In this document: one piece after another, positions 1 through 11,869 of the stretch
How the letters are laid out: each line of letters starts with the position of its first letter
How positions within the stretch are numbered: position 1 is the first letter of the stretch
NCBI RefSeq assembly: GCF_006345805.1
Contig: NC_043013.1
Location: 48,794,001 to 48,858,000, forward strand
Direction of reading: 5' to 3'
Source of the DNA: Octopus sinensis
Lineage: Eukaryota
Length of the DNA stretch: 64,000 bases
The notes under the pieces: generated by a model
The model's database searches: none
What the model saw: the letters and a program-made list of their open reading frames with translations, nothing else
What the model was told of the DNA's origin: nothing
Made by a program: the position numbers and the translations under genes

Positions 1-480
1 ATGTATGCATGCATGCATGCATGCATGTATGTATGCATGCATGCATGCATGTATGGATGCATGTATGGATGGATGGATGTATGTATGTATGTATGGATGG
101 ATGGATGGATGGATGTATGTATGTATGTATGTATGTATGTATGTATGTATGTATGTATGTATGTATGTATGTATGTATGTATGCATGCATGTATGTATGT
201 ATGTATGCATGCATGCATGCATGTATGTATGTATGTACGTATGTACGTATGTACGTATGTATGTATGTATGTATGTACGTATGTACGTATGTACGTATGT
301 ATGTATGTATGTATGTATGTATGTATGTATGTATGTATGTATGTATGTATGTATGTATGTATGTATGTATGCATGCATGCATGCATGTATGTATGTACGT
401 ATGTATGTATGTATGTATGTACGTATGTATGTATGTATGTACGTATGTATGTATGTACGTATGGATGGATGTATGTATGT
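1..480. repeat. (ATGT)n tetranucleotide microsatellite with ATGC/ATGG/ACGT variants
   Basis: Read directly. It accounts for the MYVC/MHAC ORFs at 1-679. Confidence 0.98.
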
Positions 481-1688
481 CATTGTTCAGTTTTGTATCA
501 AGACTTCTTACAATAAAGAAGCGGTTTCTAACTTAGATCCAAAGCTCTTTCATTGGAATTTCAACATCAAGAACAGGGAGTATTTGCTTGCTTGTATGTA
601 TGTATGTATGTATGTATGTATGTATGTATGTATGTATGTATGTGCAGAATTGTATATTTATGCATTCTCATACATATAGTTGCATAACTAGACATGCTCA
701 TATATATTTAAATGATAAACTTCTCGAAAGTTTTAGAGTTCCATTGATGGATTGGATCTGTAGTCTTCGAATTAGCTTTCCCCTTTCTGGTTTTGAGAAG
801 CCTAATTTCTCTAGATCGATATTTAGGCAGTGTGTTACGTATACCAGGGCTCCATTAAATACAGGTATAAACCTGAACTTGTAATCTGGATAGAGTAACT
901 GGATTTCTCAATAGTTCAGCATAAGTGTTCACTTTTTCACCGATCTTCAGTTTTATGTTAACATCCGCTAGGCAGCTAATTTCCACAACTGTGTACACTT
1001 TCTTTTCTCTGTCCCAAATCATTATATCAGGTCTGTTGTGCTTACATTTTATTGAGGTCTTCACTGGGACATTCCACCAGTATTCCTTTTTATTATGAGT
1101 GGCTAGGGTTTCTAAATTGTGGATTCTTAATTCTTTCTCCTCGGGATTATCCTGCCGATGGATTTCATTATAGAGTGTCCTAGCTACAACATCATGTCTT
1201 ATCGGCAGATAATACCGTGATGACATTTTGGGACAACTGCTTATGATGTGGGTGATATCTTCAGTGTGAATTCCACAAAGTCTGCATCGGTTGTCACATT
1301 TTACTGCTTTTCCTGCATCCCTGTCTCTTTTGTGCATCAGGTACTTGGTTGATATTTCCTGTTCCTGGATTGCAAACACAAACCCTTCAAAGTGGGAGGT
1401 AATAATCCGGCTATTGATCCATGATAAACCTCTTTGATGAACAATGTAACTATCATCTCAGAGTTTTCTATTAACATATCCATGCAAAGTATTCTGCTCA
1501 TAAAGGCTCATCCTTTCATCTGATGATACGTTACGGTAGAGTTGTGTGACTTCTTTGGGCATGTATTCTAGGTTATCAGACAAAGAGTGTTGCTCAAGGA
1601 GCTGTCTTCCAATACTTATGTTGTTATCAGTCTCGTGTATGCAAATTTGGTCAAGGGATGCACTGCAACACTTTATAGTTAAAAGATG
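481..1688 (-). mobile_element. 3' portion of an R4/Dong-like non-LTR retrotransposon (zinc knuckle plus restriction-like endonuclease), degenerate
   Basis: ORF 855-1379(-) has CRLC..(T)EDITHIISSC, RHDVVA, NRPDIMIWD..VVEISC..D and EKVNTY, the CCHC knuckle plus PD..E RLE motifs. Upstream reads FEGFVFAIQEQEI. The C-terminus LGFSKPER..LQIQSINGTLK ends near 710. The presumed 3'UTR runs to about 481. Confidence 0.82.
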
Positions 1689-1689
1689 T

Positions 1690-1830
1690 TTATGTATGTA
1701 TGTATGTATGTATGTATGTATGTATGTATGTATGTATGTATGTATGTATGTATGTATGTATGTATGTATGCATGCATGCATGCGTGAATGTGTAAATGTG
1801 TGTATGTATGTATATATGCATGTGTGTATG
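1690..1830. repeat. (TATG)n microsatellite
   Basis: Read directly. Confidence 0.95.
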
Positions 1831-2560
1831 AGTGAGCGAATTTTTTTCTCCGACTACATGGTCCATGCAAGAACCAGCTTGATATTCGCCCTGGCTTCGG
1901 TGTTATCAAGTAACTCTTACAACCCACGTGTTTCCTTTCTTAGCAATATGCTAATTTCTCTTTATTTTGTAATTTTAGATAACTTTAGTTAAACATTCCA
2001 CCAAAATAATTAAAGTCTATAAGTCTTAACATTTATCAAAGTTGTCTGATGTTATACATATAAACTTCTCGTAGTTTTCTGGGAAAAATATTGGTTAAAG
2101 TTGGCCATAAATGTACTGATAACATATGTTGGATGGTAGATTTTCTGTTTAAGATTTTAACAGATCATTCAAGTGTCGTTTCGTAACTACTGATCTATCT
2201 TAATTTCTCATCTTTAATGAAATGTTTCACTTCTTGAAATGTTTAATCAATAAGTCACGAGTGACAGGTCTCTGCTTAGCGCTGTCACCCCGTATTGCAT
2301 TTACGACAAGCTGCTGAATTGAACCCGTCATTGAACTGTGACAGGAATATTATAAGAGGGTCTTGCCTCTCATATCAGTTCACAGCGTCTGTCTTTCCGG
2401 TCTCTGTGGCTGAAGAGGATATGACCAGCCCAAAATGCATGCATCCCACAATATAGTTAGAGAGTGCTGTGAGTTGACTCATTCCCCCCCCCCCACATAT
2501 TTGTCTACAGTGGAAACTTTCCTCCATGATAAAATACAGCGAATGGTTTTCTTACGGGTT

Positions 2561-2603
<43 letters not shown>

Positions 2604-4011
2604 GTTCTCTTTGGTGGAGAGCCAAGACAAACTTTGCTCGCAGGGTATTAGAAAGAGCCGAAAACTCCTCCCAGCAGTAGCCAGCAAGTACGTCAGATGC
2701 CTTTCGGGCAATAACAGCAACAACTAACAACGAACACACAAACGTATATGTTATTGAATTTATATTTAAATTTCTAATCGTGAATAACTGAAATTGCCCA
2801 ACGCCGAAAATGTTATAAATGCATGTCCTGCTACCACTAATAAAGGCATACCGAATAGAATATATTTGACATGTGAGAGTAGATAATAAGAAAGCTCTAT
2901 TTCGTGTTCTTTCACATCACTGATCTGAAAAGTCTGGGGCGGCTACTTTCAGTATCAGAAGGACGTGAAGGGAATTAGATGGTGCAATCGAATCTAAAAT
3001 AAAGCTAAAAGGCAAATGACAGACTTGATGCATTTGATATAGTATTATCTGCAGTAATGCTTTCAGTGGTACTTTCTATTCGCTCACACATCGGTTCTAT
3101 GTACTTATATAAAGACATTACTTAAAAAAAAAAATCAAGCTTTCTGCTCTTCATAAATATTCTCTCTCTCCTTCACTCTCCTCTCTCACTCACACAAATA
3201 CACAGATATTCGGATATAAACAAAAAAATGTTACTGCTTCAGAATATTTAAAAATATGTCAGCTTTATGTCTTAATATTTCTTTAACAAAACATTCAGTT
3301 TGAAACGCAGCCATCTTTTAAAGATGTTTTCTGTCGACCATGAAAGAATTGTTTAAATTACCAGTCAATGATGATACATTTGTCAGTCCAAAATCTAGAT
3401 AAAATTTGTGTACGTAATATTATTTGCCCACAGGCACTATTATCTTTATTCGAGATATATGTGAAATCACTTTTATGTCAGTTACGTTCTCATATTTCGA
3501 TGTAATTGTTATATTTCTCTAGTATTGTTATTGCCATTTATATATATTAGTATATCGTTGGCATTTATACGGCTTCGTAGTGTCTGTCCTTGTTTAACAG
3601 CAACTTCTATAAGAAGGTTATATTGCTATATGTTAGAGGTCATCTTGATCACTGATGTCCTCTATGGTTTGGTTTGTACTAACAATGAAACACTGGCAGA
3701 AAGTATTCAAAATATTGTTTCGTGAAACAGCCTGGTCTCATATATTTCGTTTAAATATAGTTTATGGTCACAAGAAGATTATTAGTTCATTGACTGTCTA
3801 CTTCGTTATTGATGCTTACTATTGATTGCTCTACGTGTGCATAGCAGAGATTAGCAATAGAGAAACTATAGAAATGCAGTTTTGTACTAGTAGACCTGGT
3901 CTTTAGAATGGAAAGTCTCTGAGCCTGCTTTCTTAGGAATTGCTATTTCTGATTTGGAACATCCTGCAGTAAGATCTTGGCAGTAAAATATCAATGAAGA
4001 CCAGCAAAATG

Positions 4012-4495
4012 GTCACACACACACACACAAACATACAGAGAGGTACACACACACGCAGGCACACACACACGCAGGCACACACACGCAGGCACACACACGC
4101 AGGCACACACACACACACGCAGACACACACACACACGCAGGCACACACACACACGCAGGCACACACACACGCAGGCACACACACACGCAGGCACACACAC
4201 ACACACACACAGACAGGCACACACACACACACGCAGGCACAATACACACACGCAGGCACACACACACAGACAGGCACACACACACGCAGGTACACACACA
4301 CGCAGGCACACACACACACACTCATGCACACACACATGCAGGCACACACACACGCAGGCACACACACGCAGGCACATACACACACGCAGGCACATACACA
4401 CACGCAGGCACACACACACGCAGGCACACACACACGCAGGTATACACACACACACACGCAAGCATACACGCAAGCATACACACATACACACACAT
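4012..4495. repeat. Compound CA-rich minisatellite with unit approximately GCAG(GCA)(CA)n
   Basis: Repeated gcaggcacacacacac units. It explains the CVCV and THTH ORFs. Confidence 0.95.
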
Positions 4496-4644
4496 ATTTA
4501 TAGATACATTCATATACATACACATACATAAGTATATATATATTTTATACAAAATTAAGGATAAAACCACTTTAACGATTTTATCAAGTGGCCAGCGTGA
4601 AATAAAAACTTTATAGGTACCAATTTATATTAATTTATAATTAT

Positions 4645-4788
4645 ATAATATAATTATATTAAAGAGTGCGGATAAACACCACCAACACGCTAGAAATAGA
4701 CGCCAAATGGCTCTATAAACCACATCTATACTCACATGTTGTTAGCGGGTAGATGAAAAAAACAAATAAGATTTTTTGAAAAAAGATG
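4645..4788 (+). repeat. Arm B of an inverted repeat pair (partner 5811-5960)
   Basis: gtgcggataaac..cacgctagaaatagacg..aaaccacatctata..gcggg(t/c)agatgaaaaaaa..taagattttttgaaaaaa matches the reverse complement of 5811-5960. Confidence 0.85.
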
Positions 4789-4811
4789 GCGTGACCAGCA
4801 CACAAAACTGA

Positions 4812-5450
4812 ACGACATGCAGGTAGGATACACTGGCCCGGGAGGAATTGAAGTCCCTGAATCAAAATCAGTGCGTGACCTGGGCATCGACATGAGTGAT
4901 AATGCATCTTTCCAGATGCATATTACTAATTTGGTGATAAGATGCAGACGGCTAGCTGGATGGATCCTCCGAACTTTCAAAACGAAAGAAAAGGAAACTA
5001 TGATGGTTCTTTGGAGGGCATACGTCCTCAGCTGCTTGGATTGCTGCTCCCAACTATGGTCACCACAATATAAAATTAACGGCGGAGCTCGAAGCAATCC
5101 AACCAACCAATCCAAAGAAAATCGTCTCAATGAACATGTGAGGAACAGGGAATGTCTGAAAGAGTTAAAGCTCTTCTCCCTATAACGAAAGTGGCAAAGA
5201 TATGCAGTGATATACATCTAGATAATTCTGGAAGGCCTTGTACCAAACTTTGGCATTGAAAGTTACACAAATAGCAGAACGAAGCGCCACTGCATAGTGC
5301 CAAAGATCCCAACATTGCCATCAAAATACAGGACCAGATACTGCAACAGCTTGGGTTTCAAGGGCCTACAGCTCCTCAATATCCTTTCAAAATGCCTGAG
5401 AGACCTGCATGGTGTGGATGTAGGTGTCTTCAAAACAAAACTGGATTCAT
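4812..5450 (+). mobile_element. CR1/L2/Jockey-group LINE remnant: RT C-terminal region and downstream domain
   Basis: ORF 4817-5185: VRDLGIDMSDNASFQMHITNLVIRCRRLAGWILRTF..LWRAYVLSCLDCCSQLWSP matches the RDLG..HI..R.F..Y..L(E/D)YC..W.P signature. It continues with frameshifts to KCLRDLHGVDVGVFKTKLD. Confidence 0.85.
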
Positions 5451-5810
5451 ACACAAGTGAAAATCTAATGTTTTCTCATCTCAATCACGTGAGATTAATA
5501 TAAATAGTCACCTAAAAGGTTTTTATTTCACGTAGGTCACTTGATTAAAAACATTTTGTATAAATTACATACATTTTGTTCCTGATCAAATTGCATTCGC
5601 TGCAAGATTATTTTGATAATAAAAGCACGTGGTTGAGATGAGAAAAAATTAGATTTTTACTATTGTATAAATGTAAACGAATGTATATAGTCGTGCGGAA
5701 ATGCTGTTCTTATGGGTATGTATAAATATTTACATCTATATACTTTGGCATATTGTACTGAAGAGAGCAAGGAGTTTTACAACCCTAAGCCAGAAATCGA
5801 TCAACAATTA

Positions 5811-5960
5811 ACCATTTTTTCAAAAAATCTTATTAGTTTTTTTTCATCTGCCCGCTTAAAACCTGTGCTAACGGAATATAGATGTGGTTTTTAGAACCAT
5901 TTGCCGTCTATTTCTAGCGTGCCGGTTGGGTTTATCCGCACCATTTATTATAATTATATT
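5811..5960 (-). repeat. Arm B' of an inverted repeat pair (partner 4645-4788)
   Basis: The reverse complement aligns by eye to 4645-4788 with several substitutions and one indel block. Confidence 0.85.
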
Positions 5961-5982
5961 ACATAATCATAAGTTAATATAA

Positions 5983-6032
<50 letters not shown>

Positions 6033-6559
6033 TCGCACAGTACCCCCTACAATTGGTCCTCATAAACATTTCTAACATCCATTGATCTCAACCTCATATT
6101 CTGAATTCCATTTTAGACCAAAACATACCACAATCTTGAGGTGCTGCTATTTATGAAGTAATGTTCTCTAGAGCAGAGTAAAGTTGACAGTTTTCACATC
6201 CCAAGAAAAGCCGTTACATTAATCGCCAAAGACCAGTCGCTTTTGTTCCTTAGTCAAAGTTATATCACACATCATTTCTTTAAACACCTGTACAACGCTT
6301 CAATCAATGCAGTTCTCTGTCTTATACGTACCCCATCAATTCACACCCCAGTATTTTAAATATCTTTGTGCTTTCACGGTGTTGACAAAGATAAAGACAG
6401 GAAGAGGGTTGGAATGTCTTTGGATACTGATCTGATTAAACGAGATGACCTAGAGCTAAGCAAAAACAACAATAATAACAATAATAATAATAATCAGCCA
6501 TCTAACCTTCTATGGTCATAAATAGCACAGATATAGAATCTCTAAAGTTATTGCAATGC

Positions 6560-6790
6560 TAGGCCTTACAACCCGTGATTATTTCATGTAGCAGCCTCAC
6601 ATATATAACATTGTCAAAACTGGCCATTCTAAGAGTCAGGTGATACTTCGGTTTTCATTAGATAGTGACCTTTACAAAGCCAAGTTCACACTGAAATACT
6701 GTTCACAGCTATGGGACAATTTTGCAGCTCATCTAATTCACACACCAATATTCTAAATCGAATCAGAAAGAATGCGATTCTAATGAATGA
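6560..6790 (+). mobile_element. Highly decayed L2/CR1-like RT fragment
   Basis: Translates to HIYNIVKTGHSKSQVILRF..LYKA..LKYCSQLWD, resembling HI..IV.KA..LEYCS.LW. Confidence 0.4.
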
Positions 6791-7099
6791 CAAAAGTAAA
6801 TTCCTCATGCAATTTCTAGTAGCTACAGACCTGCTACAAAGGATGACTTAATGATTTAGAAGCACGACCTAATGATTCTAAAATCTGGAGGGATATGCAA
6901 CCCTTGGAAGAGTTCGATCTAAAAATAGCAATAAGAATTAAATTAGAATTTACCACCTTTCTGGATACAATGATGTCCCTAGCTTCGTGTTCCTACGGAC
7001 CAACACCTAAATTCTCTTTATATGCACTGATTCTTAATGTCTTCTAAATGTTATTGAGCAAAAACCATGGAGTAAATGCAAAAACAATATCTCATCCGA

Positions 7100-7410
7100 C
7101 AAAGCACCATTTCACGGAGTCGAAGACAAATACGACTAATCATTCGCTTTTAGCCGTTTTAGATATACAATAGCATAAAACTCATCCACTGCGTAAAAAA
7201 AGCACGCACCAGGAAGTATAATACGATCTAGTTCAAATCACTTTGCGAAGAAATGTTATTAAACGTGTGGCCGATCCGTTATTCCTAATCAATAAACACA
7301 GCAAAGAACACATTTTACAATTATTCAAGAGAAACAGTAACAGTGATTTATTCTACAATTCCTATAACCAGAATAATTCGCTGCATAACAATAGAATACT
7401 TCAACACAAT
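7100..7410 (+). mobile_element. Possible decayed Penelope-like linker region
   Basis: Broken frames give KTN..LAVLDI..KTHPLRK and LFLINKHSKEH..LFKR..HNNRIL, resembling the PLE RT-to-GIY-YIG linker seen more clearly at 19087 and 50410. Confidence 0.3.
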
Positions 7411-7582
7411 ACAAAGCGAACAAACCAAGGGAAATATAACAAAATTTTCTAAGCACACAATCACTAGTACACGTGTGACTGCGCCCTTTATCGGGGAATT
7501 AAAACGAAAATAATCGTATATATTCTAACAGTTAAAAGACAATACAAACTCGACCTCATATACTTCCCGTTATTTAGAAAAT

Positions 7583-7665
<83 letters not shown>

Positions 7666-7669
<4 letters not shown>

Positions 7670-7979
7670 TAGTTGTATACTGTCAACTTAATGTGACAGT
7701 CCCACGAAGGGAATCACACCACTGCTATTTAACCCTAGGAAGCAGCAACGCTTCCTGTCGGCCTTGACACATTTCCTATGTCCTTATGTTTACAAGGGGG
7801 AGATAAGCACTTCCACCCAGCTAAGCCTGCACCCAGAGACTAGTTTCTGAGTCTTTACTCGTCATCAGTCTGGAGTATCAAGGCCGACAAGAAGCTTTGC
7901 TGCTACCTAGGTCTAAATAGCAGTGGTATGATTCCCTTCATGTGACTGTCACATTAAGTTGACAGTATACAACTACTCT
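7666..7979. mobile_element. 314-bp foldback/MITE-like element with about 105-bp terminal inverted repeats
   Basis: The left arm 7666-7770 (agagtagttgtatactgtcaacttaatgtgacagtc...gtcggccttgacac) matches the reverse complement of 7875-7979 with about 9 mismatches by hand alignment. It abuts a (TA)n(GA)n tract. Confidence 0.93.
7832..7874 (-). ncRNA. Minimal type I hammerhead ribozyme motif (candidate)
   Basis: Minus strand reads CCAGA-CUGAUGA-C GAGU AAAG ACUC A-GAAA-CUAG-UC-UCUGG. Helix I is CCAGA/UCUGG, the CUGAUGA and GAAA cores are intact, helix II is GAGU/ACUC, helix III is the palindrome ACUAGU, and the cleavage triplet is GUC. The only deviation is a C.A apposition at the base of helix II. 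Confidence 0.8.
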
Positions 7980-8021
7980 ATCGTACCACTACTGCTTATA
8001 TCTCTCTGCGATATTTAGAAA

Positions 8022-8117
<96 letters not shown>

Positions 8118-8431
8118 GACCACCAGCCCTCTTTCACACGCACATACATACTCTCTTATACACACGCGCACCTTTGTGTTGGGGGTCATCTTTACCTTGT
8201 TATCTCCCCTACTTTCCTCCTCGTGTTTGACCCTTCTGTCCGGCACTAGCCACCATGATAGATCGTTAGCCACTACACACATTTTTTTCTCTCCTTGTTT
8301 TTTCTGTGTCCCTTTCTGTCGGAGAGCGTAGGCTCGAAATGTAAAAGACTTTTCTATTCCTGAGCGTTATACTAATACATCTGTTTGTTTTGTACACCAC
8401 CTGTCTTCGTCTTTTTTTTTTCGTAAACTCT

Positions 8432-8434
<3 letters not shown>
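8118..8434 (+). mobile_element. Repeat family D copy 1 (putative Penelope pLTR-like terminus)
   Basis: Closely matches 32205-32511(+), 25683-25858(-) and 53065-53253(-). It contains the GAGC-loop-GCTC-GAAA motif and sits next to (TA)n. The PLE link is inferred. Confidence 0.8.
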
Positions 8435-8496
<62 letters not shown>

Positions 8497-9605
8497 ACTA
8501 CAATCTGGTTAACTGGAGTATTTGTCTCGAGAAAGCATCACGTATAGACCTATATGTTAAAAAACGCAGAAGTATACGAGATGCTTTTCCGATATGAACA
8601 TTGCAGTTTCTAGGCTTATTGCAGCACAACTGCTTTAAGTATGACATACAAAATGCTATTTTAAACTCACAAAGCTTCCATTGCTAATAACGAATCATAC
8701 AGCCTGTTGCCGAATCGAGACGTTAGTGATTTGTTAATTGTTGTATTTCTCTATCGGTAGAGGCTAAATTTGTCTTAGCTAGTGCGTAATTGCTACTGAT
8801 GACGTTCAAAGAAGTAGAAATACGGATTTAATAATGTTGCCACCTTGCTGGACACTCCTTGTCTGCTACTAATATATTCGTTTTTTTTTCTTTTTTTATA
8901 TCTTTTTCTTTGTGTTTTATTATATTTTCGAGATTTTTTCTCGAAAGGTATACCTCAATTTCTAGGCTTTTTATATGTCGGCACTGAGTATGAAATACAA
9001 AATACTATTTTGAACTCGTACTGCTTTCGTCGCTAAGAACAAACCCCTTACACACGTGTGTGTGTGCACGCGCACGCACACACACACAAGCACATACACT
9101 CACACTCACACGCATATATACATACATAAAAATACTTATACATCTATATATCAAACTATCTATCTATACACACACACACATGATTTGTATAAACGGTGAG
9201 GTTAAAAGCTGTCTTACCCTGTGGAAAGCAGCAATATGCTCAATACGTACTCATACTAAGTTTCACAGAGCGTCGTATATAAGCATCAGGCCATTAAAAC
9301 TGAAAACGAAAGATAGTATTGTTTATGACATCGGTCTAACAGAAACTTTATCAAGAATATAGCGCACAAACACCTGAGCTCTTTCAAACATGGTAGTCTG
9401 TAAAATCTCAAAAAAAAACATATATATGATTAGATTCTGTGAATAACAGTATGTTAGTGAAAAAATATTCAATAAATAACCACACCGTATGAATAATGAG
9501 CAGAACAATAAAGCCAGCCCGAACTTCTAGACATGTCAAGAGATTTTAGTTCTCTTGCTTCTGAACAACAAGCAAGATGCCAGTGACATACATCAAGCGA
9601 CACGC

Positions 9606-9663
<58 letters not shown>

Positions 9664-9984
9664 TCATCATCATCATCATCATACACCTAGGGCAGAGAAG
9701 CTCATTGTATGCATTCCCAGATTACACGCGCAAATTCACTGATAAAATATGTATTTAAAAATTAATAAATAAATAAATTCATGGATGGATGTTGTTTTCA
9801 CAGCGATAGTGCTCTTCTCAGTACATGAGCCGTTCCAGTTAATACGCTTTTTTGTACTTCCTGTAGGGATGGTAAGCCTGGAATCATTTTCAAATAGGTT
9901 TCAGTACCTTTTTTTATCATTCCTAGAGATCCTACAACCACTGGTATTGTAGTCGCCTTGAGATGCCACATTTTTTCAATAATA

Positions 9985-9996
9985 ATTTATTATTAT

Positions 9997-10067
<71 letters not shown>

Positions 10068-10102
10068 TTATTATTATTAATATTATTATTATTATTATTA
10101 TT
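9985..10102. repeat. (TAC)n/(TAT)n trinucleotide repeat
   Basis: Read directly. It is the source of the poly-Leu ORF 9963-10175. Confidence 0.95.
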
Positions 10103-10624
10103 TAATAATAAAGGATATTATTCTACCTCCGGTATTCGAGTAATATTTTTCCCACCTTGTTTCACATTTATCTGATTACTCAGATATATGTGTGTGTGTG
10201 TACGCGCGCGCCCGTTTGTATAAGATAAAGTGTCTGTACGCGCGCGCGCTTGTATGAGATAAAAATATATACAAGCTAACACTTCGTTGGTAGACTGATA
10301 AGTGTTGTGACTGAGAAGCACATATCTCAGTTTATTGATGTCAATACCTTTTATTCAACCTTTTTAGCGATTACCGGTGGTTTTTATAGGGTACATCAGC
10401 ATGATATACGATGGTGTCTTCCATTCATCCAAAACATAAGATATACGATTTACACACACGAATAAACACAAACACCTAGGTTATTCTTAGTTTTCGACTC
10501 CACATGTACATGTTAATGTATACAATGATACACTCACGAAAAATTATGCAAATCTATGTAATGTAACAAGTGCATACACTTCCATATGCTCATGTATATA
10601 CAACTGTACTCATAGGAATTGTGT

Positions 10625-11101
10625 TACATGTCATCATTCATCATTGTTCGACCGTGGTCGAGACAATGGAATTTACCATGCTACGCCAGACTTCACGGTC
10701 CATCATAGCATTACGGAGGTCCTGTTGCTGGATGCCTGTATCCCTGGAGATTACATCAGGGTAGGAGGGTCTGCGCCCTCTGGCATCGCGAGCAGATGGC
10801 TTCCAGAGGAGAAGAGTAGAAATTGCCTCGTTTTCAGCTCTACAACAATGTCCAGCAAACTGGACTCTCCTACCTTTCACAAGAGATGACACAGATGGTA
10901 GTTTCCTATATATTTGCATTTTGGTTGGATGACGCTTCCACGAGAGATTTTGAGCTCTCATAAGGAGGCGAGTGTAGGTTCCATCCAACTGCCTCTCAAG
11001 CTTCTTTGATAACGTCCAGGTTTCTGAGCCATATAGTAGAATTGGTTCGACTGTGGCTTTGAAGATTTCAAGTTTGAAGTCTCTACTTAGATTTGACGAC
11101 C
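10625..11101 (-). mobile_element. 5'-truncated RTE-clade LINE, 3' end
   Basis: KLEIFKATVEPILLYGSETWTLSKKLERQLDGTYTRLLMRAQNLSW..RRVQFAGHCCR..GRRPSY..DREVWR is the RTE LLYGSETW / R..W.GH / R..W pattern. It ends in a short GAT-type tail. Confidence 0.9.
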
Positions 11102-11109
11102 ATGTAGAT

Positions 11110-11310
11110 CAGTGGTTTTCAACCAGGGTTCTGCCAGTACAGTTCAGGTGTTCCGCAAGAAGTTACAAAACTGCTAAAATCGGCAGTAATTTTTAATTCT
11201 CCCGTGCAGATATGTGTGCATAAGACTATAAAATTATTGCACAAGGGTTCCTCGAGCCAGTGGAATGTTTCCTTGGGGTTCCGCTCCAGCAAAAAGTTTG
11301 AAAAGCACTG
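11110..11310 (+). mobile_element. hAT-derived MITE copy 1 (201 bp) with 8-bp TSD ATGTAGAT
   Basis: TIRs CAGTGGTTTTCAA / TTGAAAAGCACTG. ATGTAGAT occurs at 11102-11109 and 11311-11318. Confidence 0.93.
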
Positions 11311-11649
11311 ATGTAGATATATACATGTACACATACGAGTTACTCACATGCGCATTACGTATTATACACATGCACATGTCTTCACTTTTGAAGTGTGTGT
11401 GTTTCAAAGAATGAAACTTTTCATGGTTGTGCATTGTAGCACCACTTAAGCCCATTTTGACATGGATTGGACATTTCCAGCATTCTATATTTTGAAATCT
11501 GCCATCGACTTTTCATTATCATAATAACTTCTTTATAACCTGCCTGAACATAGCAGTGTAGGTATTTTACTGTTGCTCACATTTGCCTTCTGTTATTCCT
11601 CCATACCATTTTTGTTTTGAGTCAACCAATGAACAGTTACCCTGTATGC

Positions 11650-11869
11650 CAGTGCTTTTCAAAATTTTTTGCTGGAGCGGAACCCCAAGGAAACATTCCA
11701 CTGGCTCGAAGAACCCCTGTGCAATAATTTAATGGTCTTATGCACACATATCTGCACAGGAGAATTAAAAATTACTACCCATTTTAGCATTTTTGTAACT
11801 TCTTGCGGAACCCCTGCACTGTACTGTCGGAACCCTAAGGTTCTACGGAACCCTGGTTGAAAACCACTG
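11650..11869 (-). mobile_element. hAT-derived MITE copy 2 (220 bp), same family, opposite orientation, 8-bp TSD CTGTATGC
   Basis: The reverse complement aligns to copy 1. CTGTATGC occurs at 11642-11649 and 11870-11877. Confidence 0.93.

Noticed and set aside
1-679. Long ORFs (MYVC, MHAC), and similar ORFs at 3933-4570, 29927-30312, 33605-35856, 53689-55055 and 63553-63780
   Set aside because: They are translations of microsatellites that lack stop codons, with no protein-like complexity.
8794-8825. CTGATGA...GAAA on the plus strand
   Set aside because: The spacing and pairing do not form helices I-III.
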